From contig OZ271854.1 of NCBI GenBank assembly GCA_965601925.1, positions 4,352,001 through 4,416,000 on the forward strand: a stretch of 64,000 bases of DNA, given 5' to 3'. Below the pieces are notes generated by a model. It worked only from the letters and a program-made list of their open reading frames with translations, was not told the origin of the DNA and made no database searches. Positions 38,147-46,995 of the stretch are shown in pieces; the first letter of the stretch is position 1; each line of letters opens with the position of its first letter. The DNA comes from Alkalispirochaeta sp. Its GTDB lineage: Bacteria > Spirochaetota > Spirochaetia > DSM-27196 > Alkalispirochaetaceae. Both the position numbers and the translations under genes were made by a program.

Positions 38147-38599
38147 ATGAAAATGTCGCCCGAGTACACCAAAGCTCAACAGAACATGCAACCCGGTGTT
38201 ATTACATCGGACGGATTCCTGGGAGACGACGCGCGGAACATCGTCGATATCATCGAGGCCGACGAGGAGGAGTTCGCACGGCTCGGTTTGGACTTCGACC
38301 ACGTCGTCTCCACCCTACGAAACCTCCTGGAGGCGGGACGCAAAGGTCTGGGCGAGCCGGTCACCATCGATGATAGGTGGATCGTCACCACGAGCGAGGC
38401 GAGGGGCCATCTAGCATCGCCCTTCGAGGACGGTATTTTTCGCAAAGTCAACGCGTTGATCCGGAATACCGCGAGCGAGAGCGAGCTGTTGGTGAGCGAT
38501 CTCTCGCTTCATCTCATAGAAAAGAATCATTTCCTCCAGGGAAAGGGAGCTCCTTTCCGCATCGAACCCGATATGATCAAAAAGGTGCTGGAGCTATAG
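38147..38599 (+). CDS. Hypothetical soluble protein, last gene of the Nqr-like operon
   Basis: 150-aa ORF with SD GAGG, 15 nt after the nqrF-like stop. Motifs PG.I...GFLG.D and H....HF.QG.G.PFR.EP. No family recognised. Confidence 0.75.
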   Translation: MKMSPEYTKAQQNMQPGVITSDGFLGDDARNIVDIIEADEEEFARLGLDFDHVVSTLRNLLEAGRKGLGEPVTIDDRWIVTTSEARGHLASPFEDGIFRKVNALIRNTASESELLVSDLSLHLIEKNHFLQGKGAPFRIEPDMIKKVLEL

Positions 38600-38666
38600 C
38601 TCCGGCATCAGTATTTCGTTCAATTGATTTTTTTTACGCCGGTAGCTATGCTGATGAACGAACCTC

Positions 38667-40712
38667 ATGCCCGAAGCACGCGTACTGATTGTCGAAGACG
38701 AAAAGATCATTGCTCTTGATCTGCAACGACGCCTGGAGAAATTCGGATACACCGTCGTCAGTCTTGCCTCCACCGCCGACGAGGCGATAAAGGCCGCCGA
38801 GCGCCACCAGCCGGATATCATTTTGATGGATATCATGCTTAACGGTGAGCGCGACGGAGTAGATGCGGCGGTCGAGATCAAGGAACGATCGGACGTCCCG
38901 ATCGTCTTTCTCACCGCATACGCCGACGAGAGAACGGTAGAGCGCGCCAAAAAAGCCGAGCCGGTCGGGTACGTGCTCAAACCCTTCAAAGAGCGCGAGC
39001 TCCAGACCACGATCGATATAGCGCTTTATAAGGCGCGCGTCGATCGCCAAATGAAGGAACAGGAGCAGCTCTTCGAGGCGCTTCTTAACAGCATCAACGA
39101 CGGCCTGATCGCCTATTCGTCGAATCGCACGATTCGGTTTCTCAACCCCGTTGCGCAAGATCTCACGGGGTGGTCCGAGGAGCGGGCGATCGACCAGGAT
39201 CTTCAGGACGTATTTTCGCTCTTCGAAGAAAACAGCGAGCTCGCGGCTACCGTCCCCTTCTCCCTCGTCGAGGAGGGTAAGGATTTCGATTTTGAAAACG
39301 TATACCTTCTTACGGATCAAGGCGGGCGTGTAAGCGTCGCCGGATCGATCACGCCGATCCGCACATCCGCCGGTATCGACGGTGGGCTCATTACGTTTCA
39401 CGACGTAACCGACATCAAAGAGATGTCACAGATCATCGAGTACCAGGCGAGCCACGACTCGCTCACGGGCCTCATGAATCGCGAGGAGTTCTTCAGCCGC
39501 CTGCAGGAAATTGCGCGCGAGGCGCAGGAGCAAGAAAAGGGGCACAGCTTCATCTACATCGATCTGGACCAGTTCAAGATCGTGAACGACGTATGCGGCC
39601 ACCTCGCCGGCGACGAACTGTTGCGACAAGTATCAAACGATTTGAGCAAGCTCATGGAGAAGGAGCTCCATATATCCGCTCGCCTCGGGGGCGACGAGTT
39701 CGGCGTACTCCTGTTCGACACGCCGCTCGCCCGCGGCATGTCGGTCGCACGGACGCTCCTACGGAGTCTCAATCGCAAGTTCATATGGCAGAAAAACGCC
39801 TTTCATATCACCGCAAGCGTCGGGTTGGTCCCCGTCACCGGCCTCAGCACCGATGGTTACAGCATCCTGGCCGCGGCGGACGACGCGTCGTACCTGGCCA
39901 AAGAGGCAGGTGGTAACACGATCAAGGTCTATGAGACCGCAGACTATAATTTTCTCAAGCGCCGCGGCGAGATGCAATGGATCTCTCGTCTCAACCACGC
40001 ACTGGAGGACGATCGCTTTGAGTTGTGGGGGCAGCCGATCATTCCTACCGACTCCCACGAGCCGGAGCATCTGGAGATTCTCATTCGTATGCTCGATAGC
40101 GACGCCTCGCTCATCGACCCGGCCGATTTCATTCCGGCGGCGGAAAAGTACAATCTCATGCCCGCCGTCGACCGATGGGTGCTGACACGCGCGTTCGAAC
40201 TGTTGGCTCAGTTTGCCGAACGGGGGCGCAACCCGATATTCAGCATTAACTTAAGTGGAGCGTCGATCGCCGACGAGCGCGTTTTGGAGTACATTCGCCA
40301 CCTCCTCCAGACCTCGGCTATCGACCCGACGCAAGTCTGCTTCGAAATCACCGAGACGACCGCGATCGCCAATATGAGTCGCGCGACCTCGTTCATCCGC
40401 CGTCTCAAAGATATCGGGGTCTCCTTCGCCCTGGACGACTTCGGCAACGGTTTTTCGTCGTTCTCGTACCTTAAGCATCTGCCGGTCGACTATCTGAAAA
40501 TCGACGGATCCTTCGTGCGCGGTATCGCCGACAACCCGATCGACTTCGCCCTCGTCGCCTCAGTTAATAACATCGGACATGTGATGGGAATGAAAACGAT
40601 CGCCGAATACGTAACCGACGAAAAGACGCGTGCGAGCCTCGAACAGATCGGTGTGGACTACCTGCAGGGCTACGAAATCGCGCGGCCGTCCCCGATAAAA
40701 GTCGTCGATTGA
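38667..40712 (+). CDS. c-di-GMP enzyme REC-PAS-GGDEF-EAL
   Basis: REC (VEDE, LMDI, KPF), PAS, HDSLTGL, DLDQFK..ND..GH..GD, RLGGDEF, EIL.R, FEITE, DDFG.G, KIDGSF, AEYV, QGY. Promoter TTGATT-N17-TATGCT upstream. Confidence 0.95.
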   Translation: MPEARVLIVEDEKIIALDLQRRLEKFGYTVVSLASTADEAIKAAERHQPDIILMDIMLNGERDGVDAAVEIKERSDVPIVFLTAYADERTVERAKKAEPVGYVLKPFKERELQTTIDIALYKARVDRQMKEQEQLFEALLNSINDGLIAYSSNRTIRFLNPVAQDLTGWSEERAIDQDLQDVFSLFEENSELAATVPFSLVEEGKDFDFENVYLLTDQGGRVSVAGSITPIRTSAGIDGGLITFHDVTDIKEMSQIIEYQASHDSLTGLMNREEFFSRLQEIAREAQEQEKGHSFIYIDLDQFKIVNDVCGHLAGDELLRQVSNDLSKLMEKELHISARLGGDEFGVLLFDTPLARGMSVARTLLRSLNRKFIWQKNAFHITASVGLVPVTGLSTDGYSILAAADDASYLAKEAGGNTIKVYETADYNFLKRRGEMQWISRLNHALEDDRFELWGQPIIPTDSHEPEHLEILIRMLDSDASLIDPADFIPAAEKYNLMPAVDRWVLTRAFELLAQFAERGRNPIFSINLSGASIADERVLEYIRHLLQTSAIDPTQVCFEITETTAIANMSRATSFIRRLKDIGVSFALDDFGNGFSSFSYLKHLPVDYLKIDGSFVRGIADNPIDFALVASVNNIGHVMGMKTIAEYVTDEKTRASLEQIGVDYLQGYEIARPSPIKVVD

Positions 40713-40713
40713 G

Positions 40714-41295
40714 ATGCGCCGTGACACCGATATCGCCTTTACCGGCCTTAAGCACAGTGGGAAGACGACCCTCGCCCGCCGATTGAGCCGAAGACTCGCC
40801 TACACGTTTCGCGATCTCGACCATGAGATGGTCCGCGCCGCGGAGCACGACGGCCGGTTCTCGCGCTCGTCGGAAACCGAAGGTGACCGGAATCCGATTC
40901 GTTCGCTCTATCGCGCCGTCGGCGGAGATCGGTTTCGATCGTGGGAGACGGAGGTGCTGACGCGTATCACCGCCGCTCGCACGGGCGACGATCCTGCGGT
41001 TCGCCCCGTTCTCTTGGCAACGGGAGGCGGAATCTGCGACAATCGCGAGGCAATGGGCATTCTCGGCGAGCACTACTATGTGCTTTACCTCCGAAATGAC
41101 CCGTTGGTATTGTATGAGAGGATCGCGGCGCGGGGGATACCCGCCTTTCTCGATCCGTCGAGACCGCGCGATCACTTCTTAGAGATCGCCGCTGGACGCG
41201 ACACATTGTATCAACGGAGCGCTCGCGAAGTTGTCGATCTATCGGGTCTCACCCCCGAAGAGGCGTTTCGCGAACTCCTGAACAGATTGGGGTAA
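40714..41295 (+). CDS. aroK: Shikimate kinase
   Basis: GLKHSGKTT P-loop, DLD, FR..E, ATGGG, R..LY. Adjacent to aroC. Confidence 0.88.
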   Translation: MRRDTDIAFTGLKHSGKTTLARRLSRRLAYTFRDLDHEMVRAAEHDGRFSRSSETEGDRNPIRSLYRAVGGDRFRSWETEVLTRITAARTGDDPAVRPVLLATGGGICDNREAMGILGEHYYVLYLRNDPLVLYERIAARGIPAFLDPSRPRDHFLEIAAGRDTLYQRSAREVVDLSGLTPEEAFRELLNRLG

Positions 41296-41301
41296 CACGC
41301 A

Positions 41302-42384
41302 ATGCCGGGCAACAGTTTTGGTCAGGATTTTCGGATAACCACCTTCGGGGAATCTCACGGGGGTGCCGTCGGTGTCATCGTCGACGGGGTGACTCCCGGG
41401 GTCGAACTCGCAGTCGAGGACGTTCAAAAACAGCTGGATCGCCGGAAGCCCGGCCAGTCGTCCATCACGACGCCGCGCAAGGAGCCCGATACGATTCACA
41501 TTCTTTCCGGGTTATTCGAAGGCAAGACGACGGGTACACCCCTCATGATGATTCTCTACAACGCCGACGCAGATCCGTCGGCGTACGACGACATCAAAGA
41601 GAAGTTTCGCCCGGGGCACGCCGACTACACGTATCTGAAGAAGTACGGGATTCGCGACTGGCGCGGCAGCGGTCGCGCGTCGGGCCGCGAAACCTCGGGA
41701 CGCGTCGCCGCGGGTGCGTTGGCGCGCAAAATCCTGGAGCGGCAAGGCGTTACGATCATCGCCTACACCAAACGCGCTGCGGGAATCGAATGCGAACGGT
41801 TCGATCCCGATGTAATCGAGCAAAATGCGCTACGGGCGTGCGATGCCGATGCGGCTGAGCGCATGCTTGAGAAGATCAACGCGATCAAGGAGCGTGAGGA
41901 TAGCGTCGGTGGTGTAATCGAGTGCCGCATCGCCGGCGTAGAGGTGGGTCTGGGAGAACCGGTCTTCGATAAGCTCGATGCCGAAATTGCGCGTGCCATG
42001 CTCTCCATCGGATCGGTGAAGGGCATCGAGTTCGGCGCCGGCTTCGCAGCGGCGGATATGACCGGCAGCCAACACAACGATCAGATGGGCGGCGACGGCT
42101 TTCTGACGAACAATGCGGGGGGAATCATCGGCGGTATCTCGACCGGCGATGAGATCATCTTTCGCATCGCGGTCAAGCCGACGAGCTCCATCGCTCGAGA
42201 GCAGCAGACCGTCGACATTCACGGAAGGAACAGTACTATCCGCACCGAGGGGCGTCACGATGCGTGTATCTGCCCGAGAATCGTACCGGTCGTGGAGGCG
42301 ATGGCGTGTATCGTCTTGGTCGACCACCAGAAGCGACAACGTGCAATGCTCCACGGCGGCGCCGAGTTGGGGGGCGCCTCATGA
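41302..42384 (+). CDS. aroC: Chorismate synthase
   Basis: TFGESHG, RPGHAD, GRASGRET, GEPVFDKLD, NNAGG..GGIS, KPTSSI, GRHD.C. Confidence 0.97.
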   Translation: MPGNSFGQDFRITTFGESHGGAVGVIVDGVTPGVELAVEDVQKQLDRRKPGQSSITTPRKEPDTIHILSGLFEGKTTGTPLMMILYNADADPSAYDDIKEKFRPGHADYTYLKKYGIRDWRGSGRASGRETSGRVAAGALARKILERQGVTIIAYTKRAAGIECERFDPDVIEQNALRACDADAAERMLEKINAIKEREDSVGGVIECRIAGVEVGLGEPVFDKLDAEIARAMLSIGSVKGIEFGAGFAAADMTGSQHNDQMGGDGFLTNNAGGIIGGISTGDEIIFRIAVKPTSSIAREQQTVDIHGRNSTIRTEGRHDACICPRIVPVVEAMACIVLVDHQKRQRAMLHGGAELGGAS

Positions 42385-42782
42385 CCGAAGCGGCCGTCTA
42401 TTCCCCGATAGCGGTATGGGTCGCCGATACGTTCTATTGGGTGTTCATCGCAGTTCTCGTCGTCAATCTCACGCAGCGGCGACATCAGAGCAAGGCTGAG
42501 AAAAAGCGTTTCGCGACACTCTACCTGGGGTTGGCGGTGTTCGTGTTTTTTATTCTGGCGCAGTTGATCGTGCGCTTCGGCGGTAGTGACTGGATGTTGA
42601 TACCCTCCGTCCTCCTCATTGTGGCGACGGTGTATGTGCTGCGCGAACACACCTTTCCGTTTCGCCTCTATTCTCCGGTCGACGGTCGGCGTCTGACGTT
42701 TCAGGAGATTCTATACGACGACAACCATGGTGACGCACCCTCGGAGACCTCCGATGATGCCGAGGACGACGGCGGCGAGTAA
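42381..42782 (+). CDS. Hypothetical membrane protein (3 TM)
   Basis: ATGA overlap with aroC. Three hydrophobic stretches and an acidic tail. Confidence 0.7.
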   Translation: MTEAAVYSPIAVWVADTFYWVFIAVLVVNLTQRRHQSKAEKKRFATLYLGLAVFVFFILAQLIVRFGGSDWMLIPSVLLIVATVYVLREHTFPFRLYSPVDGRRLTFQEILYDDNHGDAPSETSDDAEDDGGE

Positions 42783-42815
42783 CCGCCTCGCCGCGCTTCA
42801 TTACGTCCGTCGTCC

Positions 42816-43328
42816 CTACTCTTCTCTGTGGTCGGATCGCCGTCCGGCGGCGAGCATCAGTATTCCGATGACCACCAAAAGGGCGGGCCACCAATCGACG
42901 ACAACGTCCGCCAAGCTCGCTTTGATTATGCCGAGACTGAAGAGAAGAAAGACGAACGAGATCGCAACGATCGCGAGGCCCGGTACGATTAAGGTATAGT
43001 GGTACTCGCGCCCCTTTTTGCACCCGTAGGCAACGAGGGCGACACCGCCGATGGTCATGAAGACCGGCCATACCGAGCCCGTCTTGGCCGCCGGAAGCGC
43101 CGACTCCCACAAGAGCCAGAATCCCCCGGATAGTCCGAGAAAGGTGCCGGCAAAGACGTTGCCCTCACGACCGCCGGGACGAAATGCGCGCCAAAACAAC
43201 ACGATACTTACGACGATGAGCAACAGCGGCGGCAATAGCGACCCGACCGTAACCGTCCCGGTGGTGATCAATAGGAGCGCCGCCCCACCCACGGCCAAGC
43301 TCAAACCAAACGGTACCCTTCGATTCAT
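42816..43328 (-). CDS. Hypothetical multi-TM membrane protein (LiaF/DUF5668-like WP..L...G repeats)
   Basis: About 6 hydrophobic segments with WPVF and WWPALLVVIG motifs. Confidence 0.7.
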   Translation of the reverse strand: MNRRVPFGLSLAVGGAALLLITTGTVTVGSLLPPLLLIVVSIVLFWRAFRPGGREGNVFAGTFLGLSGGFWLLWESALPAAKTGSVWPVFMTIGGVALVAYGCKKGREYHYTLIVPGLAIVAISFVFLLFSLGIIKASLADVVVDWWPALLVVIGILMLAAGRRSDHREE

Positions 43329-43677
43329 CGCCACAGCTTATCCCATATGGGCGATAATGGCATCTCCCAATGTACTCGTTGCCCGTCGGTGTACGCCTCG
43401 GCCTCGAGTCCCGCATATGCATCTTCGGTACTCTCTCGGAACACTACCGTATCGATTGACTCGCGCTTGCGAGTCGGAGAGGGTATGAGATATAGGCGTC
43501 CGTCGAAGGCAGACAGACCGATCGAGATGCCGTCTGAGGGCGACATTCAAGCTCCGCATTCCGCCTCCGACGGCGTGGTCGGAGGTCCCTACCGGTGACC
43601 CGCCCGTCCGGTTCGGTCAAAGGTGAGCGTACGGGCCGATATTGCCAACGCGCCGTTCGAACGGCTATGCTGTCGAT

Positions 43678-44703
43678 ATGAAGCGGTTGAAACGCACTCT
43701 GATTCTTACCGTGCTCATCGTGCCGGTAGCGATACTCGCCATGTCGCTGACGCGTCTGGGTCAGACGGAACCGCTCCCGTTACGCAACTATCGCGAACGG
43801 GCCGAGGCGGCCCCCCCCGGTTTTCCCGTCGTCGAGCGGGCGGCGCAGACGGCCCGGGAGACGTCGGGAGACGAAGAGATGGTTCGTTTTCTCACCGCCC
43901 ACGTCCAACACTTTCCCTTCGATCCCAATAACGGCTACTACCTGACCATCGTCGGCGACATGTACCGCGAGAGCGGCGCGACGGCGGTGGCACGACAATA
44001 CTATCGTCGATCCCTCCTCACCTTTCCCGATGTACGTGTCCGCTCAATATCGACCCACCGCGTGACCATTAACCGCCTTCTCGAGATTGTAGAGGAGCCT
44101 GCCGAACGTCTTGATTATCTCTACCATCTCCGTGATCGCTTTGCCGACGAGATCGACAACGGCGTCGTCGCCTACTATCTCGGCAAAGCGTACGAGGAGG
44201 CCGGGTTGTGGGAGGAGGCGTACGCAAGTTATCGACGATTTCTCGCCCTCCCTACTACAGAAATACCGGGCGAGCCGGATGCCCGCGAAACGGTTTCGCG
44301 ACGCCTCGTCTTTTATGACTCGCCGAGGAACTGGACGCGTCGCGACTTGGGAGAGCTGGTTACACTGATAAAAAACGCCTTGTGGGCCCAGAATCCGAGC
44401 GCCCTTTTACGCCACCGCGCACACGAGAACTTCTTCACCATGTCGTGGCAACAGGATCAGGGAGACGCCAACAGCGAAATTCCGACGTTCGACATTGCGG
44501 CGTTTCTCAGGCGCTCGAGAGTGCGTTTTGCCCAAGAGTTGGACCTCTCTTCGAACGCGAGCGAGGCATATTTGGAGACGTGGGGATGGTCGCACCGAAT
44601 TCCGACGTGGTACCTCTACTTTCGTCGCGTCGACTTTCCTGCGGACCCGGAGATACACGGGAGCTGGGAGTGGGCCGGCATTCTCTTCGGCGAGGCGCTG
44701 TAG
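43678..44703 (+). CDS. Exported or membrane-anchored tetratricopeptide-repeat protein
   Basis: N-terminal hydrophobic leader. TPR-like helices YLTIVGDMY...A..YY and YYLGKAYEEAG..EEA...Y. Confidence 0.75.
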   Translation: MKRLKRTLILTVLIVPVAILAMSLTRLGQTEPLPLRNYRERAEAAPPGFPVVERAAQTARETSGDEEMVRFLTAHVQHFPFDPNNGYYLTIVGDMYRESGATAVARQYYRRSLLTFPDVRVRSISTHRVTINRLLEIVEEPAERLDYLYHLRDRFADEIDNGVVAYYLGKAYEEAGLWEEAYASYRRFLALPTTEIPGEPDARETVSRRLVFYDSPRNWTRRDLGELVTLIKNALWAQNPSALLRHRAHENFFTMSWQQDQGDANSEIPTFDIAAFLRRSRVRFAQELDLSSNASEAYLETWGWSHRIPTWYLYFRRVDFPADPEIHGSWEWAGILFGEAL

Positions 44704-44762
44704 CCCGCGGCGAGCACGCGCATATCTCCTTTTCCAACGGGTAAAAGGCGTCGACAATAAGA

Positions 44763-45635
44763 ATGATGCGTGCATTTCTCGTTTCCGTGATGATCGCTTG
44801 CTCACTCTTATCGCCTGCACTCGGCGCAGCCGAGGAGATCGTCGTCGCCGTAGAAACGACCTTTCAATGGCAGACCGGCACGCTCGAGATGGATCTCTCG
44901 GCAGTCGTGGAGGACCGAGGTGTTAACGCTCCCGCCGGCCTTCACCGAGCGCAGCAAATCATCGAACGGGAATTTGCCGCGCAACTCTTTTCCAGCCTGT
45001 TGCCACTGCGTCTCGACTCCATACGCCTCGTGGAGGACGCGGTACGGGACGACCCCGCGCTGGCGGCGCAGATCTCCGAGCTGGCGCGCCGCGCCGAGCG
45101 CGGTCTTCCGCGCCCCGACCCCGACCTACGCGGAATCAGTCGTACCTATCGTGTTCCCGTGTTTCCGGATCTTACGCAACTGTTCGTCGGTCATTCGATT
45201 CCGTTTCGCATGGAGCGTGTCATCGAGTGGGTGCCGACCCGCAACTTTTCGGGAATAGTGATCTACGCCGCCGAGCCGCTGCCCCTCCACGGGACCGACG
45301 AAGAGGTTCTTCTCGCGCCGGCTCTCCTTCCGGAGATCTACGACACGAATCTGCGTCCGATTCTCGAACAGGACATGCTCGACCCCGCCGCCATCGATCG
45401 GTGGGGCGTCGTCGCTTACACCGAGACGGCCGACGAGGATCAGTGGCGACAACGCATCGGTACGAGTCCGTTGCGCATTATGGCACGCCAAGCCTTCGGA
45501 ATTCTCCCGACTGATATCATCATCGGCGAGGAGGATGCAAACCGCCTGTTGGCTTCCCGCCATAATCGCGAGCTCTTGCGCCAAGGCCGTATCTTGGTCA
45601 TCCTCGCCGCTGACAGGACGACGGTCTCGGACTGA
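44763..45635 (+). CDS. Hypothetical secreted protein
   Basis: Signal peptide ending PALGA. 290-aa ORF co-oriented with its neighbours. Confidence 0.72.
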   Translation: MMRAFLVSVMIACSLLSPALGAAEEIVVAVETTFQWQTGTLEMDLSAVVEDRGVNAPAGLHRAQQIIEREFAAQLFSSLLPLRLDSIRLVEDAVRDDPALAAQISELARRAERGLPRPDPDLRGISRTYRVPVFPDLTQLFVGHSIPFRMERVIEWVPTRNFSGIVIYAAEPLPLHGTDEEVLLAPALLPEIYDTNLRPILEQDMLDPAAIDRWGVVAYTETADEDQWRQRIGTSPLRIMARQAFGILPTDIIIGEEDANRLLASRHNRELLRQGRILVILAADRTTVSD

Positions 45636-45697
45636 CGGACCGACGCGCCGCATCGCGGTTGACACCCACCGACGGCCATGCTCAAATACGGCGAGTG

Positions 45698-46984
45698 ATG
45701 AACCAGCTCTTTTCGCGACTGCTCGTAATCGCGTGTACGTTGCTTTTTTTCGGTGCCTGCACAAACCGCTCCATCGGCTACGCAGTCGTTCTGTGGCCGC
45801 AGCCCGACTCCGGCCTCCAAGAGGGTACGGTATTGAATCTTGTCGCCGCATCCGAGGCTGCAAACACGGTGACGCTACGTTTACCCGACGGCCAGGAGAC
45901 GGTCTCCGGGTGGCGCGTCATTCGATTTGACGATCGTGATCAGGCCGAGACGTTTCGCGAACGGTTCGCCCCCTGGCAGGATCGCTATGCGCGCAGCCTG
46001 CGCACCGCTTTGCCGGTGCGGGAGCGCGCCGACCGCATGAGTACGCGCGTGTATCGGCTACGCGACGGAGAGGTCGTCAAAATTATCTCTCGACTGGACG
46101 AGCAATCCGATGAGGCGGGTCTCGTCGACTATTGGTACGAGGTCCTTACCGGCGAGGGCATCACGGGCTGGGTATTCGGCTACCATCTCCAAATCACCGG
46201 CGCGAGCGGACGCCCCGTAGAGGCCGGCGACGATCTGGACGAAACCGATCGTCTCGTCGCGGATATCGCGTCGGTGGCGTGGCGTCCCGCCTATTTCGAG
46301 GCAATGATTACCAACGGCCGGATACAGTTCGACCGTTTCGGACCGCGCTTCGGCCTCTTCGGCGACGTCGAAAACGGTCGATTCTCCGTCATTTTGCCGG
46401 GGTTGGAACGGACCTTTGAATATGATGGGTACTTTTCCCCGGTGCGCAATACGATCGAGTTCGAAGGTACGTCCCTCACCCTCGCGCTGGTGGGTGAACG
46501 ACGAGTCGAGGCACAGTACAACGTGAACGGAAGGGTGCGCAGCACCACATTCGTGCAAATCGACGAAGATCTCGGCGAGGTAATCGACGCCGAACGGGAA
46601 CGCCGACGGCAACTACTCGACCAAATTCTCAGTCGCGGAAACGGCCTGATCAGCACCGCATATGGAACGGTCCAACTCGGAGAGCGCGGCACCATTTCCT
46701 GGACCGGATACGAGCGGCTGGTTCCCTCGGTACTGCCGACGACCTTCGACGGCACGGCGAGTTTGGAGTTTTCTCTCCACTTGGCCGACGAGCTGCGCGG
46801 ACGCTACGATGGTGGGCTTCGCATGGTCTTGGGAAACAATGAAACGGTGGCGTTTCTCTACAATTTACTGGATGACGGACTTCGCCTGGTTTACGTCCCC
46901 GATACCCTCATCGACGATGAACACCTCGTTGAAGAGGAGCCGATTTCGGCGGTCGTGATGTTTTACCGCTTCATCTCCAGCTAA
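45698..46984 (+). CDS. Putative lipoprotein with SH3b-like domain
   Basis: Lipobox-like FFGAC. SH3b-like segment LPVRE...RL.DGEVVKI...WYEV....G..GWVFG. Start may be GTG 45695. Confidence 0.75.
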   Translation: MNQLFSRLLVIACTLLFFGACTNRSIGYAVVLWPQPDSGLQEGTVLNLVAASEAANTVTLRLPDGQETVSGWRVIRFDDRDQAETFRERFAPWQDRYARSLRTALPVRERADRMSTRVYRLRDGEVVKIISRLDEQSDEAGLVDYWYEVLTGEGITGWVFGYHLQITGASGRPVEAGDDLDETDRLVADIASVAWRPAYFEAMITNGRIQFDRFGPRFGLFGDVENGRFSVILPGLERTFEYDGYFSPVRNTIEFEGTSLTLALVGERRVEAQYNVNGRVRSTTFVQIDEDLGEVIDAERERRRQLLDQILSRGNGLISTAYGTVQLGERGTISWTGYERLVPSVLPTTFDGTASLEFSLHLADELRGRYDGGLRMVLGNNETVAFLYNLLDDGLRLVYVPDTLIDDEHLVEEEPISAVVMFYRFISS

Positions 46985-46995
46985 GGCCGTGCGCG

